Shown piece after piece: positions 52,566-64,000 of a stretch of DNA of 64,000 nt (positions are counted from its first letter, which is position 1; every line of letters starts with the position of its first letter). The stretch comes from Octopus vulgaris. Taxonomy: Eukaryota. The notes beneath the pieces were generated by a model. It was not told the origin of the DNA. It searched no databases and saw only the letters and a list, made by a program, of their open reading frames with translations. The position numbers were made by a program, and so were the translations under genes. The DNA is taken from positions 2,852,001 through 2,916,000 of the forward strand of contig OX597823.1 in NCBI GenBank assembly GCA_951406725.2, in the 5' to 3' direction.

Positions 52566-52889
52566 TATATATGGATTTCGTAGACAGGAACTGAAACAAA
52601 TCAATCGTATATATATATGTATGTATATATGTAAGTGTATGTGTGTGTCTTTGTCTCTGTGTTCCGCCCTCATCACTGCTTCACAACTGCTGTTCATTTA
52701 TTTACATCTACTTAACTTACTGGTTTCACAAGAACAAACTAATAGAATAAGTACCAGGCTTATCAACATAAAAAACGCACTAGGCTGTGTCTCATATTTT
52801 TGTTTGCCCACTTATTTGTATCTATCAATTTATCTTTGTATGCCTGTGTGTGTGTGAGTATATATATATATATATATAATTTCAACAAT

Positions 52890-53552
52890 TGAGAGAGATT
52901 TTCTTTAAGTATTAGAAATAGCTTTAAAAAAGTTTTTTAGCTGCTATTTCTAATGAGTTCAGTATGCGGCAAAGTAATTTATTTTACTAAGCCCTTTTAT
53001 ATAATGTAATAATTTGAATTCGCCTTAAATGGTCCCTTTGCATACTGAACACTTGGTGAAATTGATTAATAATTAATTAATTTTACCCTCAATTGTTGAA
53101 ATTATAATTAATCTCCCTCTAATTAATGCTTCGGATTTTACCGAAATAAGCATAGTGTTTGATGATTTTAACCCACGCTGGTGGAAAGGGGAGAACAGAA
53201 ATTCTTCGCTTGCTTATTTGGGTTTGTTGGCACTGTTAGTTACGAGCGGATCTTCGAAAGGGTATGTTCTTACTTTCAGTGTTTCCAAATCCAAACCAAG
53301 GAGTTTCTGAGCTGATGATAGAAGTGTTGTTTTGACTAATCTTGAAACGTACGTTCTCAAATAACCTTAGCATTTGATTTTTTGATGTCCTTACCCCCAA
53401 ACTTTTGTGAGTTGAATTAAGCAAACACTATATATGAGAGAGATTTTCTTTAAGTATTAGAAATAGCTTTAAAAAAGTTTTTTAGCTGCTATTTCTAATG
53501 AGTTCAGTATGCGGCAAAGTAATTTATTTTACTAAGTCCTTTTATATAATGT
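52890..53552 (+). repeat. 118-bp near-identical direct repeats (52890-53007, 53435-53552) around a non-coding core
   Basis: One mismatch seen between copies; internal hairpins; embedded in (TA)n. Confidence 0.85.
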
Positions 53553-53553
53553 T

Positions 53554-53630
<77 letters not shown>

Positions 53631-53632
<2 letters not shown>

Positions 53633-53936
53633 TTGAGGTGCAATGAACCAGTGGTTAGGGCAGCGGACTCGCGGTCGGAGGATCGTGGTTTCGATTCCTA
53701 GACCGGGCGTTGTGTGTGTTTATTGAGCGAAAATACCTAAAAGCTCCACGAGGCTCCGGCAGTGGGTGGTGATCCCTGCTGTACTCTTTCACCACTCTTT
53801 CTCTCACTCTTTCTTCTGTTGGCCTGCTCGCTTAGCTAGCGGGGTGGCGTAGTTCGAAGGCTAAAACAATGCGAACGCATTGTGACCAGCGATGTGTAGC
53901 AACATCTGATTGTCTGGTCAGTCACGTGATCACGTA
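53631..53936 (+). mobile_element. tRNA-derived SINE (another family)
   Basis: ccagtggttagggcagcggactcgcggtc..GGTTTCGATTCC head; ends cacgtgatcacgt in (TA)n. Confidence 0.75.
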
Positions 53937-53959
53937 ATATGTATATATATATATATATA

Positions 53960-55278
53960 TATATAAACACCCTAATGGGAGCCTTAACTCCCAAATTTTA
54001 GTAATTTCTTTTATGATCCAAAACTAGGTCATAAGTACTGAATGGATCTTTACGAAATTTGGAAATTATAATCTATGCAAAAGGGCCACAACCCCCATAA
54101 CAATTCATATATTTTTGCTGTTGAGGAAATTTTAACCATAGATATTAGACACAAATGAAGTAATATTTATAAAATTTCATCTTCTTACATGTTATAAAGA
54201 CCCCTCCATGGGGACTTAACACCCACAATTTTGTCATTTTATCTAACGAATACAGCTGTGCTCTTGGAAGCTGTGGGGTTACCCGAGCATAAAAGTTGAG
54301 CATTATTTCTAATTCAATGGTACAACAGTGTAAGAGTTTGCCTTGACATATACTTACATTGTGATTTCTGCAATGTGCTGCATAAATTGTTAAGTAAATG
54401 AGAGGCATCTTTGCCTCCACTGATTCAGTTGCAAAGTGTTGAGTGAAGTTATTTGATTGCAAAACTCCTTTCAGTCTTTTTATTATCACTGGGTCACACA
54501 TAGTCCCCAGATGGTAACATTGATTTCAAGGCCTTCCCAGATGAGTGACTGGTTATTCGGAGACATTTATAGATTGTAAATGTATTCTGCCTAGTTACGT
54601 ATCAGTATAGTGGTCATTTGCAAACTCCAGAGGCGACACTTTCATTTCTCCTTAGCCCTCACGTCCCACAGTTGTTAATGTCTATTCAGTTGGGTCACGC
54701 CCTTCCAATTGCTATAGATTCGTAATGCATCTTATTGCTGTGCCTGTCACCTGGATGGTGAGGAATGCTACATTGGAAGTGGTAACGACTAGGGTAGGGT
54801 AACTGACTGCTTATTGTGATCATTCGTCTTTTGGTTTCCTGTAGCTTTGCTCTCTTATACAAACCCAGTGAACATATATTTCCTATTTCAAAGAAATTCA
54901 AACAATAGATATAAGACCCAAGATAAAAAGATTCTCAACAGTTCAAATTCTCTGGCTGACATTAAGATGCCCATCCCCAATAGGGGCGTTAACTCTCACA
55001 TTTTAGAGCTCCATGACCTCCATGTTTCAGGAGCAAAATCTTTTCAACAGGTTCAATAAGACTGGAATTTTGGAATATGCGCATAAAAATTAGCAGTATG
55101 GGATAGACGTGGCACGATTACAATTTTGGAGGGGGGGATGTAAAGAGGGAAATAACCCTCATCTGCAATTTTGATGAAATTCGAAACATAGATATTCCAG
55201 TTCATTAGAGAAAATATAACAGAAAAGTCTAATTCTTCAGTTGTATGTAACACGGGCAACGCCGGGTAATTCTGCTAG
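53960..55278 (+). mobile_element. Helitron-like non-autonomous element (5' limit uncertain)
   Basis: 3' cacgggcaacgccgggtaattctgCTAG then T; internal ttaactcccaaatttt-like repeats. Confidence 0.5.
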
Positions 55279-55644
55279 TATATGTTTAATTTTGTTCTGG
55301 AATTTTAAAGAGAGAATATTGGTTAGAGTTGTTGATATTCATGGCTTTTTATGAAGGATTTGAAACGCTTCCAAATGGAAAGCGAAACTACATCGTCGAC
55401 TCCATTGAGAACCTCTCGCCCACTAACAAACAAAAATAGATATCTTATGAAGAATGAATTTTTCACATTCCTCCGAAAGAATCTGCTACACATTCTCTTC
55501 TTGTTTGAAGACTGCAGACGATTCTATCTTTCAACTAACAGCTAATGATTCATTCGGCCATTTATATAATAGAATCATAACAGAAAACTCCAAGACTGAA
55601 TTCTTGAAATGATTATTGTTTGAACCTAGAATCAAAACATCCCG

Positions 55645-55697
<53 letters not shown>

Positions 55698-55707
55698 TAT
55701 ATATATA

Positions 55708-56040
55708 AGGGTAAAGACCCCCTTCGGTCATGAATGACCATGGGATTGCACCTAGAAAGTTACCCTCCTAGACACAAGTCCGGGCAAGGTTGTTTATGGA
55801 AGACCAGCAGTCGCCCATGCATACCAGCCTCCCCTCTCCACGCCACCAGTGTTATCCAAGGGAAAGACAAAGGTCGATACAGCTTGGCACCAGTGACGTC
55901 GCAACTCATTTCTACAGCGGAGTGAACTGGAGCAACGTGAAAATAAAGTGCCTTGCTCAAGAACACAACACGCAGCCCGGTCCGGGATTCGAGCTCACAA
56001 CCTCACGATCGTAAGCTCGACGCTCTAACCACTGAGCCAT
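55708..56040 (-). mobile_element. tRNA-derived SINE sharing head and core with 42760-43082 but with a different tail
   Basis: TGGCTCAGTGGttag..gagctcgaatccc, gtgttcttgagcaaggcactttatttt. Confidence 0.82.
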
Positions 56041-56299
56041 ATATATATATATATATATATTTGGACATTATATACCTACGATTAATTTATCTAAGTTCTC
56101 TTTCATTTTTTAAAGGTGATAGTAATGGAAAATGCAGGCGATTTGTAGCTATTTCTAGCAAGTCAAGTAGCCATGTACAAACTTCCTCGATGACTCGTTA
56201 CTTGAATGATAGATGGCGATGGTATGCATTTACTGTCCATGCCATTTCCATACATTCTGTTTGTCTAAGACATAGGAAGGAAATCCAGGTGTAAAATAT

Positions 56300-56497
56300 C
56301 CTCTTCTACTCTAGGCACAAGGCCCGAAATTTTCGGAGAGGTGGGGGGGGGGCAGTCGATTAGATCGACCCCAATACGCAACTGGTACTTAATTTATCGA
56401 CCCCGAAAGGATGAAAGCAAAGTCGACCTCGGTGGAATTTGAACTCAGGACGTAAAGACAGACGAAATATCGCTAAGCATTTCGGACGGCGTGCTAA
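56300..56497 (-). mobile_element. Monomeric SINE (family of 33289)
   Basis: ctaggcacaaggcccgaaattt..gtcgacctcggtggaatttgaactc. Confidence 0.82.
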
Positions 56498-56889
56498 CCC
56501 AGGTTTAAAATATTGTAAAATGTTAATAGAAATTCTGCTTCTAATCGTGGTTCTTTTGATCATCCATATTTTTAGTAACAGAGAACGTATTCATTCATCT
56601 AAATGACTCCAATTGACTCAGATACAGAAGAATGTGGAGAGTCTTTGACTTCAAATGATGATGACATTTTCAAATAAATGTTTTAGTTACAATTCATGAC
56701 CTCAGATCAGTGTTCGTTGCCAAACAAGCGACTTAGAAATATCTTTTATTTCATTAATAGATTTTCTAAATAGTTTCCAAAAAATGAGAAAAATGGATTT
56801 GTTGTTCGACGTCCAACTGGAAGGTTGCGTAATTCTGTTAGGACTGGAAATTTATCCGGAAATCAAATCGTTGAACTGCATAAAGAGGG

Positions 56890-56898
56890 TGAAGAGAA

Positions 56899-56955
<57 letters not shown>

Positions 56956-57300
56956 AAAGAAGCGAGGGAAATAACTTAAAAAAAGAAGAAGAGAGGACGG
57001 AGAGGAAAGAGAAAGAGGAAGGGGAGACAGAGGTGGAGGAGGAGGAGGCGGTGAGGAAGAGGCGGTGGTGAGGAGGAGGAGGCGAGGAGGAAGAGGGGTA
57101 AGGTGGGGGAGGTTGCGGAGGAAGAAGGAAGAAGAAAAAGTAGAAAGAAAAAAGAAAAAAGACAGGATACGAAGGAGGAAGAGGAGGAGGAGGAGAATAA
57201 GAAAGAGGAGGGGAGGAAGAGGAGAAGAAGAAAGAGGAGGGGGAGGAGGAGGGGGAGAAGAAGAAGAAGAAGAAGAAGAAGAAGAAGAAGAAGAAGAAGA
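56890..57300. repeat. Polypurine low-complexity tract (GAAA/GGA/GAA)
   Basis: Direct reading. Confidence 0.9.
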
Positions 57301-57904
57301 CATTGTGTGAATCAACAAAAGCAAAAGAACAAGTGAGTTCTTGTGTAGACCCGAATGATGAAGATCGGCAGACGACAGCCAGAAACATGGCCGGAGTTGT
57401 ATTATGCAGTGAAAAACATAGCTTAAGGTTTGTTTGTTTGTTTTTGAGTAAATCTCTTGCTGGAGAGGTGGATTCAGTGCAGTTGTACTGAGTCCAGTGC
57501 AACAACAATAACACACACACACACACACAATGGCACACCTGCACGTAACAGCAGTCTCTGTTGTAATAGTCACGCTCTGATAACTGGGCTTTAAACCGGT
57601 TACGCTCCCTTTCACATAAGCTCAATTATTTGTTTCTGACAGATGTTACAAATAGGCTGTTGTTAAGCGATGGCTTGTTTACACACACAAACACACGCAC
57701 ACACACGCACACACACACATACATACAGACATACATACATACATACACACACACGTACATATATACATGCATACATACATACATTCATACATGCATACAT
57801 ACATACATTCATACATACATACATACGTACGTACATATATACATGCATACATACATACATACATACACACATACGTACGTACATACATACATTCATACAT
57901 GATG

Positions 57905-60900
57905 GTAGCAACTTCTTTACAGAAGGCCATCTCTTCAGTTAATAAATGCTGTCATGAGATCTTATATGACAAGCAAGTCCTGCAGATCTTTCAAATATTT
58001 TTAAGCAGAAAAGTGCCTGGGATTGTAATTAAGTCCTGTCTACGAAGTGCTCGTTTCAAGATAGATTGTTCAATTCTTCGAGCTTCAAATGCTTTACATC
58101 TATTGTAGATCGTTTGTTTCCAAACCGATCGATCTTGCATCATCTGCTCCCAGTCTTCAACTTTCACATTTAGAGCCTTAAGATTGCTTTTGACAGCATC
58201 CCTAAAACATTTCTTAGATTTATGTCTCGGATGTTTGCCAGGTTGCAACTCCCCGCAAAACAACTGCTTTGACAATCTGTCATCCTGCATCCTAGCAAGG
58301 TGCCCAACCCAAAGTATCTGATTGCGTAAGAGAATCATTTCAATACTGGATGTGTTAGCTTACTGATGAACAACGGTGTCTGGTGTTAAAGACTTCTATT
58401 TTGATGTCTAGTATTCTCTTTAGGCAAGTCTGATGGAATCTTTCTAAAACCTTGATGTGGTGCCGATATGTAGTCCAGGTCTCAGAATAGTACTGGAGGA
58501 CCGTTAAAATGCAAGATTCGTAGATACTAAGCTATACTTCTATCAGACCACATACGATTTTCAAGCCTTCCAAATAGTTTTCCAGTTTTTTTCAATTCTC
58601 GGGTTTATTTCAGAATCAAGGGATCCATCTCTAGAGAGAGTGCTGCAAAAGTAGATGAACGAGAGTCAACCACGTCTAATCTTGTACCCGGGACGAAGAT
58701 GTTAGGTTCCACATAAGGTTGACCTGGGAGCTGAGAGGACATGATCTTTGTTTTCTTTAGACTGATGCTAAGTCCAAAGGCAATACAAGCTCTCGAGAAG
58801 GGATCCAATATAGCCTGCATGCCCCCCTCGGTGTGAGCAACGAGATCTACATCATCAGCATAAAGGAGCTCACAAACAAGGGCCTGGAATGTCTTCGACT
58901 TTGCATTAAAGCGTTTAACATCAAAGACCTTACCTGTGGTTCTGAAGCAAATATAGACTCCGATATCACAGTCTTGGAAAGCGTGCAAGATAGTTACAGC
59001 AAAACATATGGGAAAAAGTGCTGGAGCAGCAATGTCTCCTTGTTTAACTCCGTTATCGATGGAAATTGGATCCGACAGTGATCCATTGAAGTTAAGACGG
59101 GATTTCATATCACTATGAAGTTGCTTAAATAAGTTGGACAAATTGAGGTGGACATCCAAGTTTACCAAGAATGGTCCAGAGAACGGTCCTAAATAACAAT
59201 GTCGAAGGCTTTTGTTAAATCGACAAATACTTGGTAAAGAGCCAAGCGATGTTCGATGCATTTCTCCTGGAGTTGACGAGCAGAAAAAAATCATGTCCGT
59301 TGAGCCACGATTGGATCTAGAACCACACTGAGTCTCCGGGATGACAGAGGGGCATATCCATATTGTTAGCTGATTAAGTAAAAGTTTTGCAAAAACCTTA
59401 CCGACAATTTCAAGCAGGCTTATACCTCTGTAATTGCCACACACAGATTTGGATCCTTTTCCTTTGAACAATGAAATTAAAATGGCATCAACCCCGTCCT
59501 GGGGAACAAAAGCACCCAACCAAATGTCTGATATTAAATGGTGGATCTCTACAGCAAGCCTATTACCCTCGTAGAGAACTATTTCAACAGGAATACCGTC
59601 AAGACCTGGTGCCTTCCCAGTATTGAATTCTTTGATTGTCTTTTCTTTATCTCATCTATAGTTCGATGTTCCATCATCTCATGAATGATATTCTTTGGGG
59701 GCAGATTACTGATGACATTTTCATCAATAACTGAAGGATTATAAAAGAGATCGGTGAAGGGCTCAGTCCAACGTTTCATGAAACCCTCATGATCCTTGAA
59801 GAGAAAGCAACTGTCTTTAGACTTGAGTGGTACCACAAATGAAGACCGAGGACCAAACACTTGTCCGATCAAGTGATATAGTTTCAGATCTTTTCTATCA
59901 TACGCTTACTGGACTTTTTCAGAAATATCCGACGACCATTTGTTTTTCATTGGTCGTATCTTTCTTTGGAGTGATGATTTTATCCTTTTGAGAGACTGCA
60001 GTAAGGGCTTTTTATCCTCATCTGGGGCACCGAAGTAATTCTGGTGCAGCTAATTTTTATCTTCAAGAAGTTTATCGATCTGTAGATCGTTTTCATCAAA
60101 CCAGGCCCGGTGTTTCTGTTTCTGAGACCAAGAACCTCAACTCCAACATTGTTAACAGTAGTCTTAAACTGATCCCAAGTTCCATCACATTCCGCTTCTC
60201 CAGTAGCATCTCCAAGATTCGCCTGCACTTTAGTGTCCCTTAATTTCAACACATCAATAACGTTTAAAGATTTTTATTCTTCCAGATCTTATTCTACGCA
60301 CGACGCGGAGTTTCCATTTACCGCGTATCAGCTTATGGTCAGTCCTACATTCTGCACCTCGCATGACTTGGACAGTGCAAGCATCAGGAAGGTCTCGTTT
60401 CCTGGTGATAAGGTAATCAAGAATATACTCATGTTTGAATCTTGGTTGCGTCCAGGTGGCTTTGCGGATATCCTTCTGATGAAAAACAGTGTTGAAGATG
60501 AGTTCAAGTTCAATGCAGAGCTGAAGAAGATGGATAATATTAGCGTTCATTTTGCCCAAACCATGTCTCCCCAGTGCATCCCAGGTCTCATAATTGCATC
60601 CAACACAGGCACTGAAATCGCCAACAAGGAGGATCTTATCTGCATTTTGGAATCGAAATAATATGAAGATCTGAGATCTTCATAGAAAGCCATGACAGAT
60701 TCACTGCTGCTACCAAGAGTAGGAGCAGAAACAGAAATAGCAGTTATAAAACGATTGGATGATAGAGGAGCTTGAAGATACATAATCCTACCACTGAAAC
60801 CATTAGGTCTTTCTATTTTGTGGGTTAACTTGGTACGAATGGCAAAGCCAACACCCTCTACTCGTTTATCGCCCTTTGGTTTATCCTTCCAAAAGAAAGT

Positions 60901-61690
60901 GTAGCCAGCACCTGTTTCTGTCAATTGATCTCCATCCCTCAACCGAGTTCCAGAGAAAGCAGCAATGTCAATGTTATACCGAGCCAACTCCTTGGCTATT
61001 ATGCCAGTTCGCCGTTCAGGGTTACTTGACCCTTCATGATCAAGAAGTGTCCTGACATTTCATACACATATCTACAATCTATATTTCTTGCTTGCATGTT
61101 TTCTCATTGTATTCCTCCTGCTGTCGTGAACAGCCATCAGCTGCAGGTTGCTGACTAGCTTGATGGTAGAACAGGCATTTGTTTTCGGTCACCTTTTCTG
61201 GCCCTTTCCTAGATTTCTGGGTGAGCAGTGCTACCCTAGAGAGGGTTTGCTCAGACGCTCTCTACCTGACCGAAGCATGCTGCTGTTCTTTCAAAAATGC
61301 AGTGACGTTAGATGGGCCCTGAGCCGCCCACATGCAGGTTCAGGACTATGTGCTCCGAGCCCGTGAAGCCTGTACATGTTGCCATTATTCCATCGCCGTG
61401 GGACTTGAAGAGATATCTGTACATTTAAATATCAATGCCACACGCTTGTACGAAGCGTACAGCACTCACTCCTCCCCCCCCAAATCTGACATCCAGTGAC
61501 AAATCGAGGTAAGATGATTGGGTGATTATAGAGGTCGCATGTCTTATTATCCTGGAGTTTAACCTCTCCAGTAGTTTTATATCAGAGTGTCCTTCTCCGA
61601 GTTTTTGCGCAACCAAAGGCTAACTGCAAGACAGCAGTGAAGGATTTGAATTCGGAGTTACCCTCCCCTAGACGGATTGCTTTTCCCACG
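57905..61690 (-). mobile_element. Near full-length decayed RTE-clade LINE
   Basis: APE: ELARYNIDIAAFSGTR, SAPTL, LDYLITR..TDH. RT: NYRGISLL, PETQCG, GVKQG, LLYADD. C-terminal W.GH.ARM.D.R..KQL..GEL. Many frameshifts. Confidence 0.9.
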
Positions 61691-62292
61691 GTTTTATTAA
61701 ACCTAGGAGCTCCATCTACCCCTTTAACTATATCCACAAATACACACAAATCAAATAAAAGAAAAGTAAAAATACAAATATATTATATATAAAATATCCG
61801 TAGCCTCAAAGATGAAAGAAAATAAACACGTACACGCAGTATACACGTAAGATATTCAAGAATTAAAAACGTAAATAAATATACATAAATATACACACAC
61901 ATACAGATCTCCACACCAAACACACACCTAGCACACACATCCACAATTCATCCAACTATATATATATATATGTACATATAATAATTGGATGGTCGTTGAC
62001 TCTTAACAGTTCTTCCGCCCTTTTACAGGTCTTGTTTTAAGCCTGCAGGGTGTCCAATCCACCCCATCCTCATCAAGTGGAATTGGTGGGGGGCGGTGTA
62101 GTCGCCGACGACCCGACCACGCGACAAGTAGTACTGAGTTACATGGTACCAGTCGAGTAAACGACCTGACCTCATACATACATGCATACATACATACACA
62201 CACGCACATACATACATACATACATACATACATACATACATACATACATACATACATACATACATACATACATACATACATACATACATACA

Positions 62293-62927
62293 TACGAGGT
62301 GGTGTCAAAAAGTTCCCGGACTAGTTCTGTAGCACGCCAACAGATGGCAGTACACGGTTGAGAGCGCAGTGAGGACTAGCAGTGACCTTCATGAGACATT
62401 GGGCCAAGCTGTGTTTTACTTCGCAAGTTGTGAAATTTGTGGTTTTTGCGATCACGTGTAAACTGTAGTCTGCCATTTTTGTCACGGAGAGGAAGTTGGA
62501 ACAAAGAGCCAACATGAAATTTTGCGTTAAACTTGGATGGTCTGCTACAGAGACATTGAGCATGCTTTGGCAAGTTTAATGAGTCATACACTACTTCGAG
62601 TGGCAAGGGCGCTTCGAAAGCTGAAGAACGTCCCCGAAAGACGATGAGCGATCTGGAAGACCGACCACAAGTGCCACTCTTAGAAATGTGGTATTGTGTA
62701 TTGAGAATTCGTTCCCCAGGGCCAGACCACCAATCGTGAGCTCTACTGCAACGTTTTGAAGCAGTTGAAGGAAGAAATTCGGTGAAAGTGACGGGTCTGT
62801 GGAGCGCAAAAATTGGATTCTTCACAACGACGATGCACCCTGTCACCGAGGTCTCCTCGCTCGTTAGTTTCTCACCAAGATATTCCTTATTAGACATAAC
62901 TACTCCTGGAACTTTTGATACCAACGC

Positions 62928-62931
<4 letters not shown>
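62293..62931 (+). mobile_element. Internally deleted mariner
   Basis: TIRs ggtgtcaaaaagttcccgga / tcctggaacttttgatacc; EQRANMKFCVKLG, DDERSGRP, WILHNDDAPCH remnants. Confidence 0.8.
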
Positions 62932-62979
<48 letters not shown>

Positions 62980-62984
62980 TATCT

Positions 62985-63405
62985 TTTCTCTCTTTACCCT
63001 TTTACTTGTTTCAGTCATTTGACTGAGGCTATGCTGGAGCACTGCCTTTAGTCGAACAATTCGACCCCAGGACTTATTCGTTGTAAGCCTAGTACTTCTT
63101 CTATCGGTCTCTTTTGCCGAACCGCTAAGTTACGGGGATGTAAATACACCAGCATCGGTTGTCAAGCGATGTTGGGTGGGGGACAAACACAGACACACAA
63201 ACACACACACACATATATATATATATACATATACATATATATGATGGGCTTCTTTCAGTTTCCGTCTACCAAATCCACTGACAAGGCTTTGGTCGGCCTG
63301 AGAATATAGTAGAAGACACTTGCCCAAGGTGCCACGCAGTGGGACTGAACCCGGAGCCATGTTGTTGGTAGGCAAGCTACCTACCACACAGCCACTCCTG
63401 CGCCT
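62985..63405 (-). mobile_element. tRNA-derived SINE (family of 38027)
   Basis: Full colinear reverse copy. Confidence 0.88.
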
Positions 63406-63407
63406 AT

Positions 63408-63446
63408 AAAAAATATGGAACGCTTCATGAATTTGTGTGTCATCCT
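63408..63446 (-). pseudogene. U6: U6 snRNA 3'-end fragment
   Basis: AGGATGACACaCAAATTCaTGAAGCGTTCCATATTTTTT versus U6 AGGATGACACGCAAATTCGTGAAGCGTTCCATATTTTT; two CpG-type changes. Confidence 0.88.
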
Positions 63447-63846
63447 ATATATACACACACGTATATGGTATGTGTTGAGAATTTATGGAAAGGTATCCCA
63501 TAGACACTCCCCAAATTCTTAAAGATGGGAAAGAGAAGATATTAGTATTTTTAAAAGAATTTTAATACATGCATGCGATCGTTTCGTACAGCAATATTAA
63601 CATGTAAATAACATGGTAGAATAATTAGAAATTAATTAAATTAAATTAATTACATATTACTGTTCTCCTCAGTGCAAAATAGAATACATAAAAAAATTAT
63701 TATCATTGTTACAGACGACTTGATGGAGGAAGTAGCAAATAACATATTTGGATATTCTTATGAAAGATCAAGAGCACATGCCACCTACCTACCTGCCGAT
63801 TAGCAAATGTACCTATGTACGTGCTCTGATCAATAAGTATCGGACT

Positions 63847-63960
63847 GTTGCCATAGTAACGAAGCTAAAGCGCGCAGAGTAAATCCACTTGGCACAGACT
63901 GGCCTTGTACTCTGCTGTGCATGCGCACTAAGTTTAAACGTTTCCGGCTCACTTCCGCCG
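63847..63960. promoter_or_regulatory. Promoter-like cluster: RFX X-box, NRF1-like and ETS sites
   Basis: GTTGCCATAGTAAC (63847-60), TGCATGCGCA (63918-27), TTCCGG (63942-47), CACTTCCG (63950-57) in CpG-richer unique DNA. Confidence 0.6.
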
Positions 63961-64000
63961 TTTACAGCAGTGTTTGGAAGGAAGGTGATCGCCGCATTGA

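Noticed and set aside
57348-57395. ATGATGA..GGC/GCC..GAAACATGGC hammerhead-like string
   Set aside because: No UH cleavage site and stem I does not pair in register.
56852-57625. 250-257 aa Ser/Pro/Phe-rich ORFs
   Set aside because: Produced by a polypurine low-complexity tract.

Overview
AT-rich, microsatellite-dense animal genomic DNA. The SINE, Penelope, mariner, RTE and R4/Dong repeat content and the (TA)n/(CATA)n/(TAA)n load resemble an octopus (coleoid cephalopod) genome; this is inference. Nearly all long ORFs in the track are microsatellite artefacts or decayed transposon pieces. The one host gene I can build is mostly absent from the ORF track: the 5' part of a lipoxygenase on the minus strand, with short GT-AG exons at 34569-~34614 (5'UTR, behind a TATA box), 23364-23474, 17115-17278, 13603-13644, 9482-9610 and 2213-2313. 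These splice into a 160-aa open frame that continues off the left edge of the window. The predicted protein appears to lack the N-terminal PLAT domain. Introns and intergenic space hold three to four Penelope-like elements with inverted pseudo-LTRs and several minimal hammerhead-ribozyme motifs, some with compensatory changes at the core 3-8 pair. Other notable items are a tRNA-head SINE ending in a hammerhead-like motif, microsatellite-associated RLE-type LINEs, an RTE with a ~60-70 bp target duplication, Helitron-like elements, a near-perfect ~400-bp inverted duplication and a U6-fragment/SINE junction. An RFX/NRF1/ETS promoter-like cluster sits at the right edge. There is a 100-N assembly gap at 36238-36337. 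Repeat boundaries are approximate and were read by eye.
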